Positions 1 through 13,264 of a DNA stretch of 64,000 nt are shown here, piece after piece (the stretch's first letter is position 1; every line of letters starts with the position of its first letter). Made by a program: the position numbers and the translations under genes. The notes beneath the pieces are model-generated. The model did not search any database. It saw nothing but the letters and a program-made list of their open reading frames with translations, and had not been told where the DNA came from. Origin of the DNA: Tubulanus polymorphus (taxonomy: Eukaryota; Animalia; Nemertea); contig NC_134032.1 of assembly GCF_964204645.1 (NCBI RefSeq), positions 7,428,275-7,492,274 on the forward strand, given 5' to 3'.

Positions 1-3000
1 CTTGTAATATAGCTATTTCCAAATTTCGATGTATTAAATTAGGCAGCCAAGAAAATTCAACCCAATCAGTCGTTTGCTGGTTCAGGCTGAATGGAAGATT
101 GTTTGAATGAACCGGAACCGAATTTCCCAATTATTTACTTCGATTTAAACAAAATACTTTTTGTAAACTCGACCGCCGATCACACAACTATATCTGTACT
201 TCGATTTCCGATTTCAAAATCAAACCCCCTGTTTCGCTCCCGGCAGGTGTTGTGGGTCTGTGAGGGACACTCAATCAAAAAATCAAACGAAATTTACCAA
301 CCAATTAAATAACAGGGACAATCCCTATTTTAGAATAAAAAAGAAATAATTCACAAGGCGATTCGAAAGAAATCTAGTCGAAGTGTGGGCGGTTATTACA
401 GCACCATCCCTTAATCATTACTAGTTCTTTTCTAGATCATTAACCGGAGGTACGATCGGATGAAAGGGGGGGGGGTCGACTTAATTGATTTATTGAGCCT
501 GAGTCTTGTGGTAAAGTAGCACAACTCGTACAGTTCATTCATTCCTGTTACATTTCATGGCATGTGTGACTGAACAATAACAGGTAAGGAATTGCGATCA
601 TTTCTTCGGTTGACTTCTCTATGACGTAGCAATCGAGGATTCTATTTGAGGCAAGTGATGATCTTCCAAGTGTCGCTAGTGTGCAGTAGGACATCAAAAT
701 ACGATAGCAATTGAGTTCCGCTTGCGGAAAGTGAGAAACAAAACAACTAATTCGACTTTATCTAGAAATGTGATTTTTGTTATGGTTCTTTGTTTATGTT
801 GCCCGCTGAATTACTCATTAATTCGACTTGATCTGGAGAAGTGACTTATCTTAAATTTCTTGAGGCTAAATTTGGATGTAATTTCCTGAAACGCGATTCC
901 AGACTCGTAAGCTGGGTTTATTAAATCAACAGTTATCAAGATTACCGACTGATCGTTTATAGTTCATTACAGAAACAAAGTTCAATCTGATAAAAGAAAA
1001 GTTATCTATTATATACACTGTGACATGACATGAATTGTGTTGTAACAAACTCGAACAAAATTATGGGTTCAGTACGTCCTGGTTGGTAAAATGTTCAACA
1101 AAAAAGGCTTTCTTTTACCCGAAATGACCACGAGACGGCCAAATTGTTTGCAAACAATTCTGATGCTAGGCCCTTACGGTAGTAAGGGCGCTACGAATAC
1201 ACGCAAAGCCAACAACAAGTCTTCCCTGAAAATCTGAAAAGTCATGAGGAGCTGATCTTGGCGAGCCGCCAGAACAAACCAAATATCAAAACAATCCATC
1301 GAAGGGTCTTCAAAATTCACCGTCACAAACATCATAATAGTGCAAAGAGAGCTGATTTTGCCTAACAACAGTGGCTGCCAGTCGGCCGTCTTGATTCCGA
1401 TCGGGCCACGTCGAAGCAGCCGCAATATCGATCCACTGACATTTGAGTACAGTTTTTGCTAACGTCTCACGGGACCAAGAGATAAAAACAAATACAGCGA
1501 CCACAAAATGACTTGAGAGAAATCAACAACGCATTTTATGAAACTACCAGTCGCTATTACTCAGCTTAATCCGATGAAAAAAAATCACAATAAATTAGAT
1601 ACCACCACGGCGTGGGTATGAGCAATGTTAGCCGTCCCCTGAGTGACTAATGGACCAGACACTCACAACTATTCAGCGATGCTTCACCGATTTTCCAATA
1701 TATTTCATTTAAAAGCGCGAAATGTTATTAGGCTCTGTACACCCGCGGAGAACTTACGACCTATCGCTCTTCTGTCTCCGGGTTGTTGTTGCTGCAGCGG
1801 CTGCTGCTGCGGCTGCTGCTGCTTGACTATAAATAACAAATAAACTCGCCGGTTCGTCGCCCAGAAGGAGAAAGGTCCCGCGCAATCGATAGAAAATAAT
1901 ACTAATTCGCATCAAATAAATCATTTTTGCCGTTCGTATCCCTGGTGATAAAATGACGGGGACCATGTCCGCGCAGTCCAGAACCCCACCACACCACATT
2001 AACCATTGACGTGCAAATAAAGTCTTGACGATCGCTAACGAAAAAAGGGCTGATAAAATATCTTATGCCTCGTGTTTGTAGTTTATTTTCGAATAAAAAT
2101 GCCTCGGGTGGAGGTCTGAACACAATGTGGTCTGTGGGCAATCAGTCTTCGAAAGTATTTGATAAAATGTCTTATGTCTGATGTTTGTAGTCCATTTTCA
2201 ATGTCTCCGGGTGCGAAGTGCGGATGATCTTGAAAGTGTAGGCCTACTGATCATATGTCTAATGTCTGGTGTTTGTAGTTCATTTTCAGTTCTTAATGTT
2301 CAGTCCTTATACATGCCTATCATTTAAAGGCCAGTTCAATAACCAATCTAACAACTTAATTAAACCTGAAGATATGTTAAGAAGAAAAGGGCGTGTAGTC
2401 CCATTTGCTTGATGTTAGCAACAATGAAAAAATATCTTAATGTATCAAGTAATAAATGCATCGATAATTGTATCAGTAACTCGTATAGACGATTAGGAAA
2501 TCAAATCCTTTGCTCGTGGATTCACTCTGATGTTGATTGATCACTCGGTTGTGACGTCATGTTTACAAACAAATCGCTACCGTTAATGATATCTAATTAG
2601 CGGCCGGCATTCAACGAGTTACAATAAACAAACAGTCATCTGTTATCGAGGGAGAGGAGGGGGAGGGGGACTGAAAGAGTACGGGGTGGGGTTCGAGATT
2701 GGTGTTAAACATTGATGAAACAATCGTTAATACAAAGTCCCGCTCTAAGAATAAAAAGATTCTGAAATGTTCCTTTGAGCTCTAGAAGATCGTTTCGACT
2801 ATTCCGTACAGTCATCATCAGGAATACGATGTTGTCCTCATTACAAACATTAATCATACATGAAACACTCTTTGAGTCCGTGTTGTAAAGATAATAGAAA
2901 ATCCTACGATAAGAAACGATTTTTAAATGTTTCCTTGAACTATTCATTATTTAGATGTTTCGGCTATAGCCTAGTAGTTCGGGAATAATGATATAAAAGG

Positions 3001-3527
3001 GTAATATGCAACCATACCCTACTGGGCTATTCGTTTACAAACCGAACCATTTATCCACTATCCATTCGGCCATTATAACAATTAACAATACACAAATCGT
3101 ATGTTGGTGTATCATCCCGTAGAGGCTGGGAACTAACCTCTAGCCGTCGGATAAATAGCTGTGAATTACTCCATTAACGTAGATGACAATAATGATACAC
3201 CCAGATGAACCCATTGTATCTCAGGGTTCCGACCTGTTACTAATTTTACGGCTGCATATATAGTTTACAAGTTTAGGTTATTGTAATTATGACACTTATT
3301 CTGATCTCATTGATGATTTTATACGGTAGAGAGTATTTTGTCGATCTTTTCTGTCAAAATGACGAATTGTAGTTGATTTATCGAGTGTTATTATCGCGTA
3401 GTTTTAGCTTCGCTTTTCAAGCTGCCAATAATCGTTGTCATGAACGTGTGAAAATCATATTATTGATAACACGAGTATGAACCCTCTAGCGGTTCGGGGG
3501 TCATTCTACGAGTAGATAAGAGCTCCC

Positions 3528-3852
3528 CTGTGGCGGCAAGGGATAGTCCACCAGGTGTCGCTAGTGTGCAGTGTGGCATCAACTGCTGCAAAAGAGGATG
3601 ATTTCAGTCATGCCAAGTGAGGATCCACCAGGTTTCACTAGCTTTGCGTTGGTAGGACATCAACTATACTGCGGCAATATATGTTTCGGCTTGTGGCAAG
3701 TGATGGTCCACCAGGTGTCGCTAGTGTGCAGTAAGATAGCATATTAACTATTGATGATACATAATAAATGTTCGTGAACGAGGATCCACCAAGTTTCACT
3801 AGTGTGCAGTAGGATATCGATTACTGCGATCTATTTGTGACAAGTGAGTCCA
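3528..3852. repeat. Degenerate ~75-80-bp tandem repeat, about 4 units (another unit near 648-700)
   Basis: Recurrent GGCAAGTGA..TCCACCAGGTGTCGCTAGTGTGCAGTAGGACATCAAC. Confidence 0.7.
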
Positions 3853-6800
3853 TCAGGACCCCATTGCTCCCCTCTGCAATATATTTTTCAATTTGTAAGT
3901 ATAAAAGAAATTGAATGTGGAAGACCGAATCACAGCTAGACGTGGTCGACCTTGACTTGTCACAAGAGGAATCCTAGATTGCCACAGATACGTTCCCATA
4001 GGACCACTGCACCGTATACATATGCACACATGAAGAAGAACGCCTCTCAATCTCAGATCTGTAACACATTCTAAAACTATACGTCACAACTCGCAAATTG
4101 ACTCTTAATTGCAATTAGGACCTTAATCGTAATTATTTCTCGTTAACCATGATGTTGAAATGGGTCCCAGGTGCATGAGACTCTACCAAGACACCTGCAA
4201 CTTGCCGAACGAAATGTGATTAGATTGAGGCGGGTTTCAATTGCGGTTCCAACCGATTCATTCTGACGCGTTCGTTTTGACCAGAACAGGCTATTCCTAT
4301 TCCGGAATGATATAATCTGTAAAGATGAAAGAATCAGTCGGTAGAGAGTTTGTAATACAGAATTGATATTCCTACACCAAGGAATAACCGGACAGGGTGG
4401 CGTAGGGGGGAGTTGACAGTTCCCACTCCCCAAAAACGTGGGAAAACGTGCTATTTTCTCATCTACGTGTGCCCTTTTTTTCAAAATCAACTGAAATATA
4501 TTGTTTTATCCTACTGAAACTTAATGTACAATCCTTCACGTGGGCCTGATGAGCATTTTTATAGGCATAACAGATGTTTTGTTGTTAGGGCGCCGAAAGC
4601 AGTTTCATTTCTCTGAATAACTTGCCGATATCATAGAATTCCAAATATGTAGTTAATTGCTATGAGGTATTCGGTAACAGTGACATAGGCATCTACTCTA
4701 CTGCGGCTCATAGCGCCGTTAATTAATACTAAATGTCATTGTGTATATATGCATATTAAATGCGTGCTGAAATTCCTAATTAATTTTGCCACAACCCGTT
4801 ATGTATATAAACGTATATATAACTGCATAGTGTGATAGCAATCAACGAATAGGTATAAAAACATAGACTTACAGAAACAACGTGAAATGGCTTCAAAACA
4901 ATAGGACCGCGTCGGTGGTACCACAGAAAGCTGATATAGTGTCAGTACGGTGGTATGCCACAGAAAGCTGATAGAGTAAGGCGTATTCACCCCAGAAAGC
5001 TGAAGTCTGTTTCAGTAAGATTTATACCAGAAAGCTGCTATCAGTAAGATCTATAACCCAGAAAGCCGCTATGATACTGCGAGGCCTGTTTTGTTCTGGC
5101 GCCTTTTTGCTCGCGATAATTCAAAGCCCTCTCTGTTGGTGCTGTTGGTCTGTTGTATTGTCTGAAGTAGGCCTATAGAGTCAACCCCGCACCGCAATGA
5201 TTGCGAGCATTAAAGCGAGTACCGATGCAACAAGAGGTATATATGTATTTTAGCATGTATAACAGGTGTTTATGCTGTATACACGCGGTGTATACAATCT
5301 CTCTAACATACAGAAACAAATGATTTTTTCATCAGAAAAAAAAATCATTGTTCGCCCATCAAAGTAACGCATCGCTGACCTGTTTTAGGCTGCGTCTACT
5401 GGAAGACTGTCAAACTGACGAGTCGAGTAAATCTAACCCATGTATATCGGATCGGGGTTTTGCCCATCCACTTTCTCTGACGTTGTGCATCCAAAATTGC
5501 GGATATGAAGACCCCAACAAGTTCATTGATATATTACCCGAACTAAAGCCCTTTGAAAATCGTAGATCCATCTCTGTACAATTCATCATTTACGAGAAAA
5601 AATCCATTTTCCATTCTTTTTTACATTTAGCATCAGACGTAAAAAAAGACAGCGCACATGATATTTTTAGACACTGTGGCAACTGGCAGAGCTAACAAGT
5701 TCGCTAAAGTGCATGCGTATTGTTGTTGCTGGAAATAAGTAAGCCTATTCTCGCTTGGGTGATTTAGTAAAAATTAGCTTTATCAGTTTTAACCCGCGTG
5801 ATCTTAACACAAATAATACGTATCACAATACATTTGAAGTGCCTCAGGAGGGGTTCCCCGCTCAGGTGGGGATAATTGGTCTAGAAATACCTGTTAAACC
5901 AGCCAGTTATTTATACCAACCAGAAAAAGGCAGCGGCTGCATCGAAAGGTCTTCAATATATATATAAGTTCAGTCAAAATGACAAATGAAGACCAGTCTT
6001 ATCCCTCGTTTGGTTCTATAACCAATCTAACAGCTAAAGACAAGTCTAGGCTCATGCTGGTTCTAAAAACCAACGTAATAACTTTAGACATGTTAAAGCT
6101 GATGTTGGTTCTAATAGCCAAAACAACTCCAGTGTAATGATTGCACATTTATGTCCGAACAATGTCCCCGGCCCAAATAATTTTGTCGCAGGTTTGACTC
6201 TAACGAAGTACGTTAATTTCCAAAGATAGAAGTCAGTCAAATGCTTTAGTACTATAAAACTGAATGTCTTCCACTTAAGAGTTCTTACGTTATTCGTGTA
6301 TTTCTCAAAGACAACGCCTTGAATTGATTTCATCTAAAGCTAATCAGTCGCTGACTGCATCTCAGAAGACAGCAAACACACGATCTAGTATTTTTGATGC
6401 CTTAAAAACTGCTAAATAATGTTCTTACACATTGCGACTACGACGCGTTATCTTAGTGGTACTTGAAACTTTGAATTTTCTTGGTAATATGCACCAATTA
6501 CGTATATCATTATTTCGCGCAAACCCCATATACGGAACAGTACATCATTGAACATAGCTAAAGAACAGTTTGTTTATTTTCATAATATCGACCAATGAAC
6601 CCATTAGGCGCCGGTAGCTAATAGACAATCATCTTCGCGGTTTCCGAGTACGGGGTAATTAAGGAAGCTCTCTACCGCGTATTAAAGTGCCTATAAGGCA
6701 CTTCAATGAGAGTCAAGACCTCGTCCGCACCCGTAAATAAATTAAACCCACATCCGGATCGTCTTTGATGCATAGCTTCCGGTTGGAAATATCATCCCGA

Positions 6801-9288
6801 CTTTGCCTGTTTGCAATCAAGCATCAGTCAACATACGTAGTCAGCCTTAAGAATGAATGTCAAGTCACCCTGAAATTTTATGGGAAAAATGAAAAATATC
6901 AAACTGATAATAAAACACGTTTAAATTCTTAAGATAATTCTCTGTATTTCTATGAATTTTGAATGTTAATGTTTTCCGATTGGCTTTCTTTCGGATTGCC
7001 CTTTTAATCATATGATAAACTCTATTTTGGGGGTGCACCCTCCCTGAATCAGACTCAGATCCGCCCCGGCCTTCTACACAATCAGGGGTGGATCCAGGGG
7101 CAGACTTTGACAGCAGCACAAAGAAATAAAAAGGGCATATATACCGGTATAAGTATATACCGAAAAGGCAAGTAAAGTATCCACGCAGCAATTTCTGTGC
7201 GTTTTCATACAATTCCTATGCACTTGAGAGACATTTAAGAATGTATAAGCTAAATCTTGCGGATACGGACTGCCTGTCTTATTATTTGCGGGTGAAAAAG
7301 TGCTCTGAAAAACATTGCCATCGTATACTTTCAAAAGGGACGGAAAGCTGCAGATTTATGTGACTCAAAATGTCTTTCCTTTCCGAAAGCGTCTATTCGA
7401 GCAATTGGATTTTGCAAGACTGGATTCACGGAGACATCGTTTCGCAATCTCAAGGGCCAATCTAGGGAAATTGGAGGGTGAGGGTACAAAGGGATAGGGA
7501 GAATCGTACTAACGAGGTTCATTGAATGCACGTGTTACCAAAAGCGACCATCAGTCACTAAATGGATACATTGAAAAGTCTTAACATTTTTTTTACTACT
7601 TGTTTTATCGAAGGTTCAGGCTAGCGACTGCAGACATGTCAAAAACAACTATTCGTGATGCTAGCGGCCGGCGCCGAGAGGTCGCCGCGAATTTGAATTC
7701 AAGCGGAAAGTTTTAAACTCAACATCTGTTACGCCACCCACCCGCCCGGCCAGACGCGTAAACTATGTGTCTGAGAGTTTAAAAAAATATGTGGCCATTA
7801 TCTCCAGGTCGAAAGAGGCAAAAAGCAACGGCAAAAGTCGAACGACCCGTGAAATGAGTCCGAACAAACAAACAATTATATGTATACATGTATACATGAA
7901 AACATCGAATACGAGGTTCATTGCTCGAAAAATAAGGAAGATATGACACAGCTGTATACGGCTCAAATTTGAATTGAAATCGTGGTGAAACGCTCTGAGT
8001 CCTTGTTGTAGAGACAATGTAAAATCCCACATTGAAGAATAAAAAGAGTCTGAAATGTTTCCTTGAGCTAGTAGTTTTTAAAATGTTTCGACTATATACA
8101 TCATGATAGTCATCTTCAGGAATACTGATGTTGTCTCCATCCTGACCATTGTGACCATTGATGAAACACACTGTGTTGTAAAGATAATTGATCCCACACT
8201 AAGAATAATTAGTCTGCAATGTTTTCTTTGAACTAGTCGTTTATTTGACGTTCCTACTATATCCTAATGATGTAATGGAATAGTAAGTTGTCTAGACTGT
8301 ACATAGCTATAGTATATTCTTGAATACGATTATTAGTTCATTTTTCAATTTTTGAACTCTTGAGCCAAATCTAAGAAAATTGCTTAACAGTGAGACTGGA
8401 TCCAGAGAAATACTTTTTTAAAGTTCAAGTTGATTTATTTCAACGACGGTCTATAGTAGCCTAGAATATGTTTTACCGTAGCGGTTTTTTAAGCTGGTCA
8501 ATATTCGGTTTAAAGCCGCGATACGGCGACGAAATTTATTCATTTGTCCTTTCACCTCTGGGAGCCATAGCGGTGTAATTTTTATTGCGCGCAATGATAT
8601 AGCAGCCGACACGACAGCAAATTACCGGAGGATTGATTTATTGCTATGGACTACTTTACCGAAATGAGAACAGCACGTACGTAACTGGTGTGTGAGTCCT
8701 CAGGGATTCCGTGTCTTCAAAAAAAACCATTGCTTTGTCGACTTTTTAATAGTAGAAGGGCCTACTTAATAACATCATTATTCGAGTTCTTCCATATTAA
8801 CTACACTGTAAAAAAAGATACGGTGCTTATCGTTTATTAACACCCCTTTTTCCATTAAAATCGCAATAAAACGTTAAAATTAGCCAAATTTCGCAATTTT
8901 ACGTTATTTTACCAGTAATTTCTGTTAAACACAGTAAAACAGGTAGCCGTTTTTTTACGGAAGACATGAAAACGACGATAAAACTCATTTTCACGGTTGA
9001 CCAAGCGTAGCAGTGCGGTGCACAGCGATATTAGATGGGTGGTCGACGTTTCGATACGGCAACATTTTTTCTGGGACGGCAAAATCAATTTTTTTGCGAC
9101 AGGTAGACGTTTGGCTGAGGCGTGCACCGTTAAAATACCGTCAGTGTGAAATATATAACGATGTGCGGACGTGTCATTACTGATCTTAACATCACAAAAC
9201 GGAGAATGCCGTTTTTCGTAGGCAGCCGGTCGTATTTTTTCGTTTTTTTCCGCATTTTACTGTCGTCAACAGGCGTGTTCGATGCAAG

Positions 9289-12200
9289 ATGGCGGAACTG
9301 CAAACCGGTTCGACTTTACAGGTAAGCAATTTTTTAATTTCTATAACCTCTCACTGCAAGCATCATCAATCAAAAGTAGCGATAACTTTTCTCCAGGTCT
9401 CGTGTGTCCGGAGGGAGGTTTCCGGTATCAAATTCCCGTTTGATTATATGAATATTTCCGGAAAAGGGCCTAAAATAAATGTCATGTCACCTCGGACAAC
9501 TGTAGTAGTGTAACTAGTGTAAACTGTGTCATGGACCTGCCAACCGTACTTTTTCACCGTATTTTCATATGGCTGTGGGCTTTTGTGTAGGCCTATGGAC
9601 TCTCTCTATTTAGTACGGTCTTGAATAGAATTCTGGGTGGTGATAAAATAATTGACTAGACAGTAGCAATAGGCAACTAGTGATCGATAGAGAATCTGCA
9701 TGCTGTATTGTAACACAAGGAGCTGCTCTAACGCGCGCTTATTTCAATTTAATTCAAAAGTAACAGAATCTTGAAACTACGATTGATAATATCTTTATGA
9801 TTCATAAATTGTAATAAGGGCCTAGCCCTATGAATTAATAAGGCGATTAGATTTAGACTTAAAAAGACGCTATTTATTGAAGAGTTTATTCAGAATCTTG
9901 AATTGATACATGTAGTTTTAATTGGTAACACGTGTTGGAGCACGTTTTTGATTTCGTTTTGATATATTACATCACCGGCCTTGCGATTCTGGAAAATAAC
10001 AGAAAAATAATCATGATATTGAAGAAATTGCTTGAATTATTAGATACTGATCAGATTTAATACTGATTAGATACTGTAAAAGAAATGTAATTTATTTCTA
10101 ATTTAGTAGGCCTATAATAATATATTAATATTAATAATTGTGATAGCATTAATTCTTACAATGTTTTAGGCCTATAGGCCTAGTCATTTATTTGGTTAGA
10201 AATTCTATTTTCGACCGGAACTGGAAGTTATTTTTCGTGTCGAGTTACTATTAAAAAATACTGACAAACTCAAAAACTGACGACATTTTTCTGGGGTTGG
10301 CAGGTCTGGATGATGTGTGTCAGTCAGTGTGTGGTCAATATAGGCTAGGCCTAATCAATGAGGATGAGTTCTTTATAATAAAGTGAACCAAGCCCGTGCC
10401 TAGAGCCTATTAAAGACCATGCCAGATTCATGTGTTCTAATGTAATATTATTAGGAAGATCCCACACCATTTTGATATAGTTTCGCATTCAAGTAAAAAT
10501 ATAGGATAGGACTAAGAGCATTGGTAAATTCTTGAGTCATGCTGTGATTAAATCTAAGGTCTGGGTTTATTTGTAGGAACTATATAAATGCCTTGTATGT
10601 CAGGCACAGTCAACATCAGTGAAATCGTATTGTCGTCATTACAGAGAGCATAAAAATCTACCAAATTTTCCAAACATACCTTGCCCACATTGTAATGTCT
10701 TATCACCTTCCTATGATGCACTACGTAAGCATATAAATAGGAATCATGATGCTAAAAAAAAAGATGGAGGCCTCAGAAGACCATCATGTCTTGCTGAGTT
10801 CAAATGTTCAGTGTCTCTATGCAATAAAGTATTTATGTCTTTGAGTAGTCTAATCGCGCACCTAAAGGTACATATTGGAGTGGGTCATGAAATATCGTGT
10901 CCGTTTAAGGATTGTAGCTATAAATATGATGTAAAGTCTTCATTTTCAAGCCATCTTTCACGGCAGCATAGGGAGGATTGGTTTCGCGATAATATAAAGG
11001 CTGAAATTGCAGTACCGTTAGTTCTGGAGAAAAATGATTCTCAGACCGATTCAGTCAGTGATTCCATTGAAACTGCAGAAGCAGCAGGAGACATTTCAGA
11101 TTTACACCTGGATGAAACTCTAACCAATAGTTCTACTGATGTCAGGCAACTTGAAATGAGCTTAGCTCTTTTGTATCTGAAATTACAGTCTAAGCTTTTA
11201 GTACCAACTTCTACTGTACAAATAATAGTTGAAGAATTTGCCAATGTTTTCCACCTTGAACAAAAGTATGTAAGTGGAGTATTGTGGCATAAGTTGAAAA
11301 GTCTTGAAATAACAGATGATGTCGCACAGAAAGTTATTGATGAACTGGCTCAACAAAATGAATTCTCTCAAATTCTAGACATGAAGAACGGTCCATTTCG
11401 TTCGGAGCATTGTAGAAAAAAGTTTTATGGAAAGAATTTTAATGTAATTCCACCAGAGAAAATAGTTCTTGGTGGTAATGACCAATTTATGTATTATGTA
11501 CCCATTGCTAGAAGCATTGAAGGCTTTTTCAGTGACTCAGCAGTTGTCAACCAATTTAATTGTCCATGCCCATCTAATCTTGATAAAATGGTTGATATCC
11601 ATGACGGGTTGGCTTTTAGACAAAATCAATTTTTCAATGCTTCTCATGAAAAATGCTTGGAAATTATATTATATCAGGATGAAATGGAAATTGTTAATCC
11701 CCTAGGAAGTGCCAAAACCAGGCACAAAGTATTGGCCTGCTATTTCACTTTGGGTAATATCTTTCCATGGCACCGGTCTAAAATTGATAGTATACAATTG
11801 TGCTTCTTGTGTAAAAGTAGTACTGTAAAGCAACTTGGCATTAAAAAAGTCTTTGAAAGATTGGTTCAAGACATAAAATCTATTGAAAGTAATGGTATTG
11901 AAATTCAATCTTTAGGAAAAACTATTAAAGGATCGGTACTTTGTGTTTTAGGGGACAATTTAGGATCCAACGGTATTGGGGGTTTCACAGAAAATTTTTC
12001 AACCTCTGCATTTTGGTGCAGATACTGTCTTCATTCAAACATAGAACAAAAAAACAAGGACATATGGCCTAAAATCATCCGTGATGTAAAATGTTATAAG
12101 GACTCCGTAGAAAAAGTAAATACTGAAAATTCTATACATAATGGGGTCAAGGAAAATTCTGTCTTGAATCAGATGAAGTATTTTCATGTTCAGCAGCCAG

Positions 12201-13264
12201 GTTTACCCCCCTGCCTAGCACATGACGTTTTTGAGGGTATACTGAAAATTGATCTTGGCCTTATATTAAATGATTTTATTAAGAAAAAGTGGTTCACAGC
12301 ATCTAATGTTGTTGATAGATTTAGAAAATTCAAATTAGCAGGGTCTGATGTCCTAGATAGGCCATGTTTGAGTGTTGACAAAAAAAAGAAGAAATCAGTT
12401 AAAGTAAGTGGGAGTGCCGTTCAGAATTGGAACCTACTTCGTTTGATTCCGGTGGTTTTAGAAGATGAAATTCTGAATACATCAGATGAAGTATGGCGAT
12501 TGTTTATTATGTTAAAGCAGGTAGTTGAGTATATATGTTCTCCATGTGTCACCATGGAAATGTTAGCGATGATGGAAACTTTGATTGAACAGTATATTCA
12601 ATTGAGGATTGATGTATTCCCAAATTCTAATTTACGTCCTAAGCACCATTTTATCCTACACTATCCATTGATGACATTGTATTTTGGCCCTTTAATTAGA
12701 CTCTGGACTTTACGCATGGAAAGCAAACATACATACTTCAAGCAAATTGTCAGACGAACTCAAAACTTTAAAAACGTCTTATTTTCACTTTCTGAAAAAC
12801 ATCAGTATCTTCAGGCATACTATTCTATTGGTAGTCTCTTTTCTCCAAACTTGACTTATGTTGAAGGTTTCAAATTTGTTGACAGTATTTATAGTGCTGA
12901 GATTTCTAAGTCTGTACGAGATGTCATACCTTATTCCAAACAGTGTTTAGTGACTAAAGAAATTAATTTCAAAAGTGTTATATATAAATTGGACAGTGAC
13001 ATGCATGTAGCTATCTCAAGTAGTGAAAGTGAGACAGTGTTTGGAAGAATTATTCTACTGCTTGTTTCCGATGAGGAACCATTCTGCGTCGTGGACCTGG
13101 AGAATGCTATATACTCTGAAGCATACGGTGTATTCGAGCTCCAATTGAAACAGGAAAAACTGTGTTTAAAACTGTCAGAATTATGTGATTTTTATCCACT
13201 GCCATCTTACAAAATGTCCTCAAAAAATGTGGTTGTAATCAAACATGCATTGGTGATGCGTTAA
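9289..13264 (+). CDS. EnSpm/CACTA-type DDE transposase with four N-terminal C2H2 zinc fingers; spliced 9289-9321 + 10577-13264 (~906 aa)
   Basis: The 881-aa ORF has motifs LYQDEMEIVNPLGS, GDNLGSNGIGGF, CRYC, PPCLAHDVFEG and PKHHFILHYP..FGPL..WTLRMESKH. A phase-0 splice (CAG|gtaagc at 9321 to ttgtag|GAA at 10577) supplies the ATG. The acceptor exon completes the first finger (CLVC...HYREH). Confidence 0.9.

Noticed and set aside
1174-2000. Coding exons or Cys/Ala-repeat ORFs near the left end
   Set aside because: No recognisable domain; the (CTG)-type repeat explains the poly-C/poly-A translations. At most these are UTR or short first exons.
4545-4606. Hammerhead core CTGATGAG...GCCGAAA
   Set aside because: Stems I and III cannot be formed convincingly.
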